Part shown: in pieces, positions 1 through 12,586 of the stretch
Position numbering within the stretch: the first letter of the stretch is position 1
Layout of the letters: each line of letters opens with the position of its first letter
DNA from: an uncultured Actinomycetota bacterium
Lineage (GTDB): Bacteria > Actinomycetota > Actinomycetes > Mycobacteriales > Nakamurellaceae
NCBI GenBank assembly: GCA_963798965.1
Contig: CAWCVW010000008.1
Location: 890,430-954,429 of the forward strand
DNA: 64,000 nt
Direction of reading: 5' to 3'
Notes under the pieces: model-generated
What the model was told of the DNA's origin: nothing
The model's database searches: none
The model's input: only the letters and a program-made list of their open reading frames with translations
Position numbers and translations under genes: made by a program

Positions 1-2431
<2,431 letters not shown>

Positions 2432-2565
2432 GGGGTTCTCCTTGCTCCTGGTGGCGGCAGTCCCCCTGGCGGCGGTGCTCGGGGAACGTCGGGCCATTGT
2501 CCCGTGCGCCCCTTGCACAGGCTCCTTCGACCCCGGAATGGCTGCGGTGCAACGGCTCGGAGGTA

Positions 2566-2585
2566 AACAGTACGCTTGTCCTGTT
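2566..2585 (-). promoter_or_regulatory. AcnR (TetR family) operator upstream of acnA
   Basis: Minus strand reads aaCAGGACaagcGTACTGtt, matching the corynebacterial AcnR consensus CAGNACnnncGTACTG, about 135 bp upstream of acnA. Confidence 0.75.
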
Positions 2586-2735
2586 AGCAGTGCAAACGCG
2601 GCGGGAGGACAACATCGGCCCCGGACGCGAGGCGTCCGGGGCCGATGTGGGGAAGGTCCTCGTCCGCCCGAAGGCTGGAATCGGGACCGAGTTGCGGCGG
2701 CCGGCCCAAGTCGCGCGGCCGCCCGGTCAGCTGGG

Positions 2736-4370
2736 TCAGTTGCGCGCCAGGTTGATCAGGTAGTCGACGTCGCCCGGCTCGAGGCCCTTGAGCAGCGAGA
2801 GGAAGATGTCGGAGAACGACCGGACCGGACTGACGTACCACTGGCCGTCGACCTGAACGGTGACCACGCCGAGTCCGATGACCTGCTTGAACTCGCGCTT
2901 GATGACGTCCAGCAGCTGCGGGTCCAGGTCGCCCGAGCCGAGCGAATCGGCGAGGTAGGTGTCGATGGTCGATTCGTCGAGGGTCACGGCCGGCTGGTCG
3001 GGGACCGTGAGCGTGACCGAATTCGCGGCCGCGTCCCGGGTCAGGGTGACGGTCTGGCCGTCCGCGGTGAGCGTCAGCGAGGCGAGCGAGACCTTGGTTC
3101 CACCGGTGACCTCGGACGTCGTCCACTTGACATCGTCGACCTTCACCCCCAGATCGGTGACGTCCGAGCTCAGGCTTCCCGCGTCGCCCTGCTGGATCAG
3201 CAGCTTGCCGTAGTCGTGCAGCACGGCCATCTCCTGTGGCGACATCACGCCGATGACGCCTTCCAGGTTGCCGGCCGTCGCCTGCTTGATCAGCGCGTCG
3301 ACTGCGGCCTCGGGCGTGTCCGAACCGACCGGCGCGATCCGGTCCGCGGCCGTCGGGTTGGCCAGGCCGGCTTCGTGAACGGCGTTGTCGGCGATTGTGT
3401 AGAAGAGGCTGACGTACCACTGGTCGCCCCGCTGGACGGTGGCGATGCGGAACGGCTTGCCGTCGTTCTTGGCCACTTCGTCGGCGATGTTGATGGTCTG
3501 CGACTGCGGTTGGGCCTGATCGATGGTGCTGCCGAACGCGTCCTTGATCTTGTCGCTGAGTGGGATGTTCTTCGGATCGCTGGAGATGGTGACCGTTCCG
3601 CCGGTGAGCTTCACGATCTGCAGATCGGGATTGATGGTTTCGGTGGCCGGATCCACTGTCACGTTCGACACGGTGATGTCGGTTCCGGTCATGGTGTCCG
3701 CGGACGCAGCCGGGCTGAGGATCTCCAGCCGCTTGAGCTCGGTGATCACGTCACTGTTCAGGTCTGTGAACAGTGACGCCTCTGCGGGGTCCAGTTGGTC
3801 AGCCAGACCGATGGGATCGGAGTTGGACAGCGTCTTGAACAGACCGGTCACCGAGTCCTGCGGTGTGGTGGATCCGCTGGCAGTCGAGTTGTTGGTGTCG
3901 CGGATGGCGAAGAAGTACACCGCCGCGGCGGCCACCAGCGCGACCACGACGGCGATCGCGGTGATCAGCACCGGGGTGCGGCTCTTTCCCGTCGGCGTCG
4001 GCTCGGACGGAGTCGACCACGGCGCGCCCGGACCGCCGGGTCCGCCTGGCCCTCCCGGACCAGGTGGGCCGACAGGGCCGAACTGCTGGGTGGGCGAGGG
4101 CTGTTGCCACCCCTGCGGACCGGTGGGGTGCCCCGGTTGCGGCTGCTGCCAGGGTTGGGACGGCGCCGGTCCGTTCGGCCGGCCGGTGGCCGGTTGACCC
4201 GCGGCCGGCTGTTGCCAGCCCTGGGGGCCGGTCGGCTGTCCTTGCCACGGCCCGCCGGGCGGTGGCACGGGGTGGCTGCCCGGAACGGGTCCACCGGGCT
4301 GGCCGCCCGCGGGCCACGCCTGCTGCGGCCCGTCCGGGGCGGGGCGACCATAGGGCCCTTGCTCGCTCAT
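2736..4370 (-). CDS. Membrane protein: Pro/Gly/Gln-rich N-terminus, one TM helix, large extracytoplasmic domain
   Basis: ORF 2736..4502. Start placed at MSEQGPY (ATG 4370, GAAGGGAA upstream). TM segment [23 protein letters not shown]. Confidence 0.8.
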   Translation of the reverse strand: MSEQGPYGRPAPDGPQQAWPAGGQPGGPVPGSHPVPPPGGPWQGQPTGPQGWQQPAAGQPATGRPNGPAPSQPWQQPQPGHPTGPQGWQQPSPTQQFGPVGPPGPGGPGGPGGPGAPWSTPSEPTPTGKSRTPVLITAIAVVVALVAAAAVYFFAIRDTNNSTASGSTTPQDSVTGLFKTLSNSDPIGLADQLDPAEASLFTDLNSDVITELKRLEILSPAASADTMTGTDITVSNVTVDPATETINPDLQIVKLTGGTVTISSDPKNIPLSDKIKDAFGSTIDQAQPQSQTINIADEVAKNDGKPFRIATVQRGDQWYVSLFYTIADNAVHEAGLANPTAADRIAPVGSDTPEAAVDALIKQATAGNLEGVIGVMSPQEMAVLHDYGKLLIQQGDAGSLSSDVTDLGVKVDDVKWTTSEVTGGTKVSLASLTLTADGQTVTLTRDAAANSVTLTVPDQPAVTLDESTIDTYLADSLGSGDLDPQLLDVIKREFKQVIGLGVVTVQVDGQWYVSPVRSFSDIFLSLLKGLEPGDVDYLINLARN

Positions 4371-4594
4371 CTGTCTGTCGTTCCCTTCGAGGAAGATGAA
4401 CCCGCCGTTCGGGATTACCGGGCGGCGGAGTGGCTTGATCGGCGTGACACCGGCGGGCAGTCGCGGATTCGGGCCCCGACCGCCGCTCGGGATCGCCAGC
4501 ATTCAGGAGCGCTGTCGGTCCCGTTACGGACGTCGACCGTGGACGGCGCTGATGTGATCTACGTCTCAGTCACTGGCTCAACCCCCCGTGGCAA

Positions 4595-5080
4595 TCATGA
4601 CGGAAGATCACCATCTGGTCGAGTCTTTCTGCCGCCGAATGGGTGAACGTTGCCGAGCAGCAGTCCCAGGCCGCCACCGAGCAGCAGCAGGGATCCGGAC
4701 GCCATGATCGACGGTCCGATCGGATCGAGCCTGACAGTCAGGCCGACCTTTCCGGCGGCGACCCAGAGAATGCCGAACGACACCGCACCAGCTCCCAGGG
4801 CAACGAGCACGCACAGCGCACCGGCCAGCCGCCAGCGCCGGAGCAGTCCAGCGATGACCGGCGTCATCGACAGCACGCCGAACAGCGGCCACGCACTGAC
4901 CAGGGCACCGAGCAATCCTTCATCGCCGAATCCGAGACGCTCCGCCACTCCGATGACGGCGTAACTCGATCGGCGGACGCTGCCCGAGATGACCCACGGC
5001 AGAAACGATCCACTGATCACGAGCACCAGCCCCGAACCCGCCAGCAGGCACCACAGCACTCCGAGTCGGCGATTCCTCAT
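4595..5080 (-). CDS. Hypothetical integral membrane protein (about 4 TM)
   Basis: Hydrophobic ORF MRNRRLGVLWCLL...; start uncertain. Confidence 0.65.
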   Translation of the reverse strand: MRNRRLGVLWCLLAGSGLVLVISGSFLPWVISGSVRRSSYAVIGVAERLGFGDEGLLGALVSAWPLFGVLSMTPVIAGLLRRWRLAGALCVLVALGAGAVSFGILWVAAGKVGLTVRLDPIGPSIMASGSLLLLGGGLGLLLGNVHPFGGRKTRPDGDLPS

Positions 5081-5376
5081 GGCTGCGAGCACGACGGGGA
5101 AACCGTCATCCGTCCGTTCGTGGTCGACCGTGACGCTGCGCGGTGGTCGACCCTCTGACCTACCCCGGTGCGTGTAGCGGGCGCCCACTTGAGTGAAATA
5201 TTGCCCGGTATGTCCATTTTGTCCTTATTGGGACGGCTGGGTTTATCGTGACCACTGGCCAATAGCGGGACCAAAGTGGCATGGTTCAGCTGGCGTGTCG
5301 CCTTGACAGCTTCCGTCGCGTTGTTTGTGCGGTTTTGACCGACTGTCCGTGGTGATCCGCGGAGGAGGAGTCACGA

Positions 5377-7347
5377 GTGCCCGTCAACGTCCGACCACGC
5401 CCAGCACAGCACCCGGCAGCGTCCGGTGGCCGGAGGACACGCGTGCGGGCCGGCTCTTGGCTCGGCGCGGTGATCGCGACCTTCATCGCGAGCGCCCTGC
5501 TCGTCGGGACGGCGGTGCCCGCCGCGGCAGTACCGCCTCCGCCGGACAACCCGTCGGACCAGCAGATCCAGGACAGCCAGGATCAGGCGGCCGCATCGGC
5601 GACCGAGGTCGGACGGCTTGCCGGCCTGGTCAGCAAGACCGAGGGCGACATCGAGCGCCTGAAGAACGACATGGAACTCAAGGCCGAGCTCGCCAACAAG
5701 GCGGCCGTGGACCTGCAGGTGGCGCAGTCCGACGCCGCCTCCGCAAAGTCGGCGGCCACCAAGGCACAGGCCGACGCCGACGCGGCCGCGCAGGCGGTGA
5801 CGGCGGCACAGCAGAAGGCTGCCGCATTTGCCGCTGCGTCGTTCCGGCAGGGCTCCGTGCTGGGATCAGTGAGTGCGTTCGTCGGCACGACCAGCGCCGG
5901 TGACCTCCTGCAGCGCCAGGAGCTCCTCGGGCAGATGTCCGAGTCGCAGCTCAACGTCATCGGCAACCTCGAGGCAACCCGGACCCACCAGGCGAACCTG
6001 GATTCAGCCGCTCGGGCGGCCCTGGACGCGGCGAAGGCAGCGCAGGCGAAGGCAGACGCTGCCAAGGTGGCCGCCGACGCCGCCCAGCAACAGGCACAGG
6101 ATTCGTTGCAGGCGGGTCAGCAGCAGCTTGCCGCTCTACAGACACAACGCGATCAGCAGCAGGCAGCCTACGGCGCGGCCCTCCAGACGGTCGCCGGTCT
6201 GCAGAACCAGCGTCAGCAGTACAACCAGTGGCTCGCCGAGAAGAAGGCAGAGGAAGAGGCCGCGCGCAAGGCGGCCGCGGAGGCAACCCGACTGGCCGCC
6301 GAGCAGGCGGCCAGGGAGGCGGCCGCCGAAGCTGCGCGGCAGGCGGCTGCTGCCCAGGCCGCGGCTCGGCAGGCTGCGGCCGACCAGGCGGCCAGAGCGG
6401 CGGCGGCGGCCCGCCAGGCGGCAGAAGCCGAAGCGGCGGCCGAACGGGCCTCTGCGGAGCGGGAAGCACGCAATCAAGCCGCACGAGCGGCGCAGGAGGC
6501 ACAGGCCGCTCAGGCGAACGCGCCCTACTACTCCAGCTGTGACGCTGCGCGGGCCGACGGGCGCGGACCGATCTCCCGCGGGGAACCCGGGTACCGCTCT
6601 GCGCTGGACCCGAACAACAACGGCATCGCGTGCGAGGGGACGGCCGCGGCAGCGGCCCCTGCTCCCGCGGCGCCGGCACCGGCACCGGCACCGGCACCGG
6701 CACCGGCACCGTCGAATGACGGGACCTACTATTCCAACTGCGATGACGCGCGCGCGGCGGGCGCCGCCCCGATCTCTCGCGGTGAACCGGGCTACCGCTC
6801 TGCACTGGATCCCAACGGCAACGGCATCGCCTGCGAAGGAACGGCCGCAGTCGCGGTCGTCGACTCGCAGCCGTCGCCGAGCTACGACCCCGGTCCCAGT
6901 GCCGGCTCCGGTTCCGGAATGGGCCAGACCGTGGTCAACGCCGCCATGGCCTACCTGGGGACGACCTACGCCTGGGGCGGCGGTGACTCCTCGGGTCCGA
7001 GCCTCGGCATCCGCGACGGCGGCGTGGCCGACAGCTATGGCGACTTCATGAAGGTCGGGTTCGACTGTTCGGGCCTGGCCCTGTACTCCTGGGCGCAGGT
7101 GGGCGTCTACCTGCCGCACTACTCGGGCTACCAGTACTCGGGTCAACCCAAGGTGTCGCAGGGCGATCTCCAGCCGGGCGACCTGGTCTTCTATGCCTAC
7201 AACACCTCCGACCCGGGCACCATCCACCACGTGGCGATCTACATCGGCAACGACCAGATGATCGAGGCGCCGAATTCGGGTTCCTACGTGCGGATCTCGC
7301 CGATGCGATGGGACGGCTTCATCGGGGCGTCCCGACCCGGCGGGTGA
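5377..7347 (+). CDS. ripA: RipA-like NlpC/P60 peptidoglycan endopeptidase with coiled coil and two Excalibur domains
   Basis: Signal peptide, Ala/Gln coiled coil, YAWGGG...GFDCSG...HHVAIY..IEA catalytic motifs. Position between acn and moxR as in mycobacteria. GGAGGAG RBS. Confidence 0.9.
   Translation: MPVNVRPRPAQHPAASGGRRTRVRAGSWLGAVIATFIASALLVGTAVPAAAVPPPPDNPSDQQIQDSQDQAAASATEVGRLAGLVSKTEGDIERLKNDMELKAELANKAAVDLQVAQSDAASAKSAATKAQADADAAAQAVTAAQQKAAAFAAASFRQGSVLGSVSAFVGTTSAGDLLQRQELLGQMSESQLNVIGNLEATRTHQANLDSAARAALDAAKAAQAKADAAKVAADAAQQQAQDSLQAGQQQLAALQTQRDQQQAAYGAALQTVAGLQNQRQQYNQWLAEKKAEEEAARKAAAEATRLAAEQAAREAAAEAARQAAAAQAAARQAAADQAARAAAAARQAAEAEAAAERASAEREARNQAARAAQEAQAAQANAPYYSSCDAARADGRGPISRGEPGYRSALDPNNNGIACEGTAAAAAPAPAAPAPAPAPAPAPAPSNDGTYYSNCDDARAAGAAPISRGEPGYRSALDPNGNGIACEGTAAVAVVDSQPSPSYDPGPSAGSGSGMGQTVVNAAMAYLGTTYAWGGGDSSGPSLGIRDGGVADSYGDFMKVGFDCSGLALYSWAQVGVYLPHYSGYQYSGQPKVSQGDLQPGDLVFYAYNTSDPGTIHHVAIYIGNDQMIEAPNSGSYVRISPMRWDGFIGASRPGG
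6673..6711 (+). repeat. (CCGGCA)n hexamer repeat encoding a Pro-Ala linker
   Basis: About 6.5 perfect copies between the two Excalibur domains. Confidence 0.9.
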
Positions 7348-8045
7348 CCGACGACCCGATCGAGCCCATGCTCGACCGAGTGACGGATGCACCGACCGAC
7401 GAGTCGGCACTCGGCCAGCAGCAGATCCGGACCGAAGACACTGCTGCGGCTGGCGGGACCGGGTCACGCGGCGTCCCGTCGGCAGCGGTCATCCTCGCCG
7501 GTGGTCGCGGCAGCCGGCTGGGCGGCCGGGACAAGCCGGGTCTGCTGGTGGCCGGCAGGACGCTGCTGCAGGTCGCAGTGGACGCGGTCGGGAAGGGACC
7601 GATCGTCGTCGTCGGGCCGCCTCGCGCACTGCCGTCCGGCGTCAGGTCCGTCCAGGAGAACCCGCCCGGCGCGGGACCGGCAGCTGCCGTCGCGACCGGT
7701 CTGGCCGCTCTGCCCGAGCTCGATCAGGACGCCCTCGTCGGGGTCCTGGCGGCGGACCTGCCGGGCGTCAGCACCGACACGATCTCGCGACTGTGTGCGG
7801 CTGTCGTCCCCGCGGCCCACGGTGCCCTGCTCGTCGACCCGGCCGGCCGGCGGCAGTACCTGACCGGCGTGTGGCGGCTGTCGTCCCTGGCCGCCGCGGT
7901 CGATGCCCGCCCGGACTGGTCGGGTCGGTCCCTTCGCGAACTGCTGGCACCTCTGGTTGCCCTGGAGGTCGCTGGAACCGAGACGGAGACAGCCGATGTC
8001 GACACGGAGGACGACTGGGCACGCTGGCGCTCGGCGCCCGGGTGA
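7344..8045 (+). CDS. MobA-like NTP transferase (molybdenum cofactor guanylyltransferase family)
   Basis: ILAGGRGSRLGGRDK motif, LAADLP, DVDTEDD. GTGA overlap with the ripA stop; start could be 7368. Confidence 0.85.
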   Translation: MTDDPIEPMLDRVTDAPTDESALGQQQIRTEDTAAAGGTGSRGVPSAAVILAGGRGSRLGGRDKPGLLVAGRTLLQVAVDAVGKGPIVVVGPPRALPSGVRSVQENPPGAGPAAAVATGLAALPELDQDALVGVLAADLPGVSTDTISRLCAAVVPAAHGALLVDPAGRRQYLTGVWRLSSLAAAVDARPDWSGRSLRELLAPLVALEVAGTETETADVDTEDDWARWRSAPG

Positions 8046-8349
8046 GCTGCCGCCCGGCGCGAGAGCCGATCACCGACGGAGTGGTTCACGGCGGGCGATC
8101 CCGTCCCGCTCGGGCCGAGGAACACCCGGCAGATCCGGTGACCGTGAACAATGGGCCGGGGGACACGACAGACCCCGGCCGGGCCGCTCGGGTGGGATTC
8201 TCATGTTGCCCTGCTTCGGTGTACCGCAGCCGTGGCCGGGGTTCGCCCGGGCGCGGCCGCAGACCGCCGGACCGATGGGTGCGGGGCGCGGTACAGATGT
8301 ATCCAGGACGAGCAGAACGAGCGGCCACGGCCGACGCGAGGAGGACTTG

Positions 8350-9408
8350 GTGAGCTCAGAGGTGCGCAGTGGGGGAGCCGCGGTCGGAAGCCCGGCTCAC
8401 CGACCGCCGGTGCAGCACACCCCGGCAAGCGACGCCGCACTCCTGGAACGCACCGTCTTCGAGGTGAAACGGGTGATCGTCGGCCAGGATCGGCTGGTCG
8501 AACGGATGCTGGTCGGGTTGCTGGCCAGAGGTCACCTGCTCATCGAAGGCGTGCCCGGAGTGGCCAAGACGTTGGCGGTGGAGACCTTCGCCCGAGTCGT
8601 CGGGGGCACCTTCTCCCGGATCCAGTTCACCCCTGACCTGGTGCCGTCCGACCTGCTGGGCACCCGCATCTACCGGGTCGGTCGCGAGCAGTTCGACATC
8701 GAACTCGGACCCGTGGTGGCGAACTTCGTGCTGACGGACGAGATCAACCGGGCCCCGGCCAAGGTGCAGTCCGCGCTGCTCGAGGTGATGGCAGAGCGGC
8801 ATGTGTCCATCGGTGGCAAGACCTTCCCGATGCCGGACCCGTTCCTGGTGATGGCGACGCAGAACCCGATCGAGAACGAGGGCGTGTACCCGCTCCCGGA
8901 GGCCCAGCGGGACCGCTTCCTGTTCAAGCTGCTGGTCGGGTACCCCGAACCCGACGAGGAACGGGAGATCGTCTACCGGATGGGCGTCGTTCCGCCGGTG
9001 GCCAACCAGGTGCTGCCGATCGAAGAACTGGCCAGGTTGCAGCAGGTCGCCTCGAACGTTTTCGTTCACCACGCCCTGGTCGACTACGTCGTGCGCCTGG
9101 TCTTCGCCAGCAGGACCCCCGCCGAACACGGTTTGACCGAGGTGGCGGGCTGGCTCTCCTACGGCGCGTCACCGCGTGCCTCGCTCGGCATCATCGCCGC
9201 GGCGCGCGCACTGGCCCTCGTGCGTGGGCGTGATTTCGTCGTGCCACAGGACGTGATCGACGTCGCGGCCGACGTGCTGAGGCATCGACTGGTGCTGTCC
9301 TACGACGCGCTCGCCGACGGAGTTCCGGTCGAGGTCATCTTGAGCCGGCTGCTGCAGGCCATCCCGCTGCCCCAGGTCAGTCCGTACACCCACCCAGGGG
9401 CCGCCTGA
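8350..9408 (+). CDS. moxR: MoxR family AAA+ ATPase
   Basis: EGVPGVAKT Walker A, RIQFTPDLVPSD, DEINRAPAKVQSALLE, TQNPIE. GAGGA RBS before GTG 8350. Confidence 0.95.
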   Translation: MSSEVRSGGAAVGSPAHRPPVQHTPASDAALLERTVFEVKRVIVGQDRLVERMLVGLLARGHLLIEGVPGVAKTLAVETFARVVGGTFSRIQFTPDLVPSDLLGTRIYRVGREQFDIELGPVVANFVLTDEINRAPAKVQSALLEVMAERHVSIGGKTFPMPDPFLVMATQNPIENEGVYPLPEAQRDRFLFKLLVGYPEPDEEREIVYRMGVVPPVANQVLPIEELARLQQVASNVFVHHALVDYVVRLVFASRTPAEHGLTEVAGWLSYGASPRASLGIIAAARALALVRGRDFVVPQDVIDVAADVLRHRLVLSYDALADGVPVEVILSRLLQAIPLPQVSPYTHPGAA

Positions 9409-10400
9409 TGGCGCAGACCCCTTCCGGGTCCCAGCACACCCATCCCGGAGCGCCCAGCACCGCTGACCCGGCTCGACTGGACGCGGCTCTGGCGACGCTG
9501 GAACTGACTGTCCGGCGTCGCCTCGACGGGCTGCTGCAGGGCAACCATCTCGGGCTGGTACCGGGGCCGGGGACGGAACCGGGAGACGCCCGGCCCTATC
9601 ACCCCGGTGACGACGTCCGGCGGATGGACTGGTCGGTGACGGCCAGGACGACCGAGCCGCACATCCGCCAGACGGTGGCCGACCGCGAGCTCGAAACCTG
9701 GTTGGTGGCAGACCTTTCGGCGTCGCTGGACTTCGGTACCACCGGGTGCGAGAAGCGCGACCTGGTGGTGGCCGCCGCGGCCGCCGTCGGTCATCTCACC
9801 CGCGGCGGCGGCAACCGGATCGGCGCCGTCGTGGCCACGGGTGACGGTGTCAGCAGGATTCCGGCCCGCGGTGGCCGGCCGTACCTGCAGCACCTGCTGC
9901 GCGAACTGGCTTCCACACCGCGTTCGGGGCCGGGCGGGCGCGGCGATCTGGCAGCGGCCCTGGAGCAACTTCGCCGACCGCCGCGCCGGCGCGGGCTGGC
10001 GGTGGTGATGTCCGACTTCATCGGGCCGATGACGTGGGAGCGGCCGCTGCGTGCGCTGTCCGCACGGCACGACCTGCTCGCGGTCGAAGTGCTCGACCCC
10101 CGCGATGTCGAACTGCCGGCCGTCGGGCTTGTCACCCTGATGGACCCGGAAAGCGGTCGGACGAAGGAGGTCTCGACCACCCCTGAGTTGTGCAAGGCCT
10201 TTGCCCGGGCGGCGCAGGAGCATCGGGATCGGGTTGCGGTGGCGCTGCGCCGGGCGGGTGCGGCACATCTGGTGCTGCGGACCGACCGGGATTGGGTTGC
10301 CGACGTCATGCGCTTCGTGATGTCCCGCAAGCGTGGCTGGACCGGTGCCGCGACGGCACCTGCGGGTCCGGCGGGCGCCCGGGCCGGGGAGGCCTGGTGA
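9408..10400 (+). CDS. DUF58 domain protein (MoxR partner)
   Basis: RPYHPGDDVRRMDW, DLSASLDFG. TGATG coupling to moxR. Confidence 0.92.
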   Translation: MAQTPSGSQHTHPGAPSTADPARLDAALATLELTVRRRLDGLLQGNHLGLVPGPGTEPGDARPYHPGDDVRRMDWSVTARTTEPHIRQTVADRELETWLVADLSASLDFGTTGCEKRDLVVAAAAAVGHLTRGGGNRIGAVVATGDGVSRIPARGGRPYLQHLLRELASTPRSGPGGRGDLAAALEQLRRPPRRRGLAVVMSDFIGPMTWERPLRALSARHDLLAVEVLDPRDVELPAVGLVTLMDPESGRTKEVSTTPELCKAFARAAQEHRDRVAVALRRAGAAHLVLRTDRDWVADVMRFVMSRKRGWTGAATAPAGPAGARAGEAW

Positions 10401-11365
10401 ACTTCGCCCAGCCCTGGTGGTTCGCCGCAGGACTTCTCGTGCTGGCCCTGGGGATCGGATACCTCATCGCACAGCGCAGGACCCGGCGGCACACCCTGAG
10501 GTTCGCGAACCTCGAGCTGCTGGACAAGGTCGCGCCGCGCCGGCCCGGCCGGTGGCGGCACCTGCCGACAGCACTGGTGCTGGTGGGTCTGGTGCTGCTG
10601 ACCGTCGCGCTGGCCGGGCCGACCGCCGATACCAAGGAGCCGCGGAACCGCGCCACCGTCATGCTCGCCATCGACGTCTCGCTGTCGATGGAAGCCACCG
10701 ACGTCGCTCCGAACCGGCTGGCCGCGGCGCAGGAAGCCGCAACACAATTCGTCGACGACCTGACCCCGGGTGTGAACCTGGGCATCGTGTCGTTCGCGGG
10801 GATCGCCACCGTGCTGGTCAGCCCCACCACCGACCGGGCTGCGGCGAAGCAGGCCATAGCCGGCCTGACGCTGGACGAACGCACCGCCACCGGCGAGGCC
10901 ATCATCTCGAGCCTGCAGACCATTCAGCTGTTCTCCAAGTCGCTGCCGGGCCCGGCGGACGGCAGTGACCCCGGACCGCCGCCCGCCCGCATCGTGCTGA
11001 TGACCGACGGCAAGCGCACCGTCGGTCGCACCGAGCAAGACGCCGCTCAGCGGGCGGCGGACGCCAAGGTGCCCGTCTCGGTGATCGCCTTCGGCACCGA
11101 CAACGGGTCGATCACCGTCAATGACGAGACGATCCCGGTCCCGCTCGACACCGAGGCGATGCAGCAGATTGCGCAGATCTCCGCAGGCGATTTCCACACC
11201 GCCGCCACCACCGACGAACTGAAGTCGGTCTATGCGCAGTTGGGCGAGCAGATCGGATACGAGATCAAGCAGCGTGACATCTCACGACCGTGGATGATCG
11301 CCGGCACCGCGCTGGTACTGCTCGGGTCCGCGGCGGCGCTCGCGTTGACCAGCCGCATCCCCTGA
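10397..11365 (+). CDS. VWA domain membrane protein (BatA-like)
   Basis: MIDAS DVSLSM...T...MTDG, N- and C-terminal TM helices, GTGA overlap. Confidence 0.92.
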   Translation: MNFAQPWWFAAGLLVLALGIGYLIAQRRTRRHTLRFANLELLDKVAPRRPGRWRHLPTALVLVGLVLLTVALAGPTADTKEPRNRATVMLAIDVSLSMEATDVAPNRLAAAQEAATQFVDDLTPGVNLGIVSFAGIATVLVSPTTDRAAAKQAIAGLTLDERTATGEAIISSLQTIQLFSKSLPGPADGSDPGPPPARIVLMTDGKRTVGRTEQDAAQRAADAKVPVSVIAFGTDNGSITVNDETIPVPLDTEAMQQIAQISAGDFHTAATTDELKSVYAQLGEQIGYEIKQRDISRPWMIAGTALVLLGSAAALALTSRIP

Positions 11366-11627
11366 TCGGAGTCGTTGGGCGGCGCACTCCTCGCGGCCTT
11401 GTTGCTGGCGTCATCGGTCGAACCGTTTCCTGGCAGATGACGCCCACGCGGCCGCCTTCGGTCGGGCAACCGTTGGACAAATCGTTCGGCGGCCGGTGGT
11501 TCCCTGCCTACCCGGGCCGTCCGCTGCGGATAGGGTCGTTCCGCATCGGCAGCCCGGTGTGCCGGTCGGCCGGGCGGACAAGGGTGTCAATCCTGTGTCG
11601 TTCGGTGCCGGTCCGATCGAGGCAGTC

Positions 11628-11755
11628 GCACCGCAACCCAGTCGCACGGCAATCCAGTAGCACAGCAATCCAGAAGCACGGCAATCCAGAAGCACAGCAA
11701 TCCACAAGCACAGCAATCCAGTCGCAGGACGACCCAGACGCAGGATGACCCGGAG
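11628..11755 (+). repeat. Eight-unit 16-bp degenerate tandem repeat (GCAC(A/G)GCAATCCAGNN) immediately upstream of fabG
   Basis: Units start at 11628, 11644, 11660, 11676, 11692, 11708, 11724 and 11740. Confidence 0.9.
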
Positions 11756-11763
11756 GCAGAGAC

Positions 11764-12492
11764 GTGACCGTGCCAGCGCAGGCCGGATCAGGACGATCGG
11801 TGCTGGTCACCGGCGGGAACCGGGGCATCGGGCTGTCCATCGCCCGCTCGCTGGCCGCCGCCGGACACCGGGTGACGGTGACCCACCGATCCGGCGAACC
11901 CCCGCAGGGCCTGGCCGGCGTGATCTGCGACGTGACGGACGCGGCCGCTGTGGACGCTGCCTTCACCCAGGTGGAACAGAGCCAGGGACCCGTGGAGGTG
12001 CTGGTGGCAAACGCCGGCATCACCGACGACACCCTGCTGCTGCGGATGGGCGAGGACGCGTTCAGCTCGGTGATCGATGCCAATCTCACCGGCTCGTACC
12101 GGGTGGCCAAGCGGGCCGCCGGCGGGATGCTCCGCAAACGCTGGGGACGGATGGTCTTCATCTCCTCCGTCGTGGGGCTCTCCGGCGGCGCGGGCCAGGC
12201 CAACTACGCCTCCTCCAAAGCCGGCCTGGTCGGGCTCGCCCGGTCGATCGCCCGCGAGCTCGGGTCGCGCAACATCACCGCCAACGTCATCGCCCCCGGC
12301 TTCGTGGACACCGACATGACCCGCTCGTTGCCCGAGGCGCGGCGGGCCGAGATCATCGCGCAGGTGCCGCTGCGCCGCTATGCCGAACCTGATGAGATCG
12401 CCGCCGCAGTGGCGTTTCTGGCCTCCGACGGTGCCGCGTACATCACCGGCGCCGTCATCCCGGTCGACGGCGGTCTCGGCATGGGGCATTGA
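11764..12492 (+). CDS. fabG: 3-oxoacyl-ACP reductase
   Basis: TGGNRGIG, NAGIT, YASSK (YxxxK), APGFVDTDMT. Confidence 0.95.
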   Translation: MTVPAQAGSGRSVLVTGGNRGIGLSIARSLAAAGHRVTVTHRSGEPPQGLAGVICDVTDAAAVDAAFTQVEQSQGPVEVLVANAGITDDTLLLRMGEDAFSSVIDANLTGSYRVAKRAAGGMLRKRWGRMVFISSVVGLSGGAGQANYASSKAGLVGLARSIARELGSRNITANVIAPGFVDTDMTRSLPEARRAEIIAQVPLRRYAEPDEIAAAVAFLASDGAAYITGAVIPVDGGLGMGH

Positions 12493-12586
12493 CAGCGAGC
12501 CTGCGCCCCGTTACCCGACAGCACCGGAACCCCAGCGCACCGCCACCCGCCCACAGCACCATTCCCATCCAGGACAGGACCAGCAC

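Noticed and set aside
5190-5376. MtrA box upstream of ripA
   Set aside because: Only isolated half-site-like words; no phased repeat I can support.
11628-11755. CRISPR interpretation of the 16-bp arrays (also 34485-34604)
   Set aside because: Contiguous degenerate units, no unique spacers, no cas genes.
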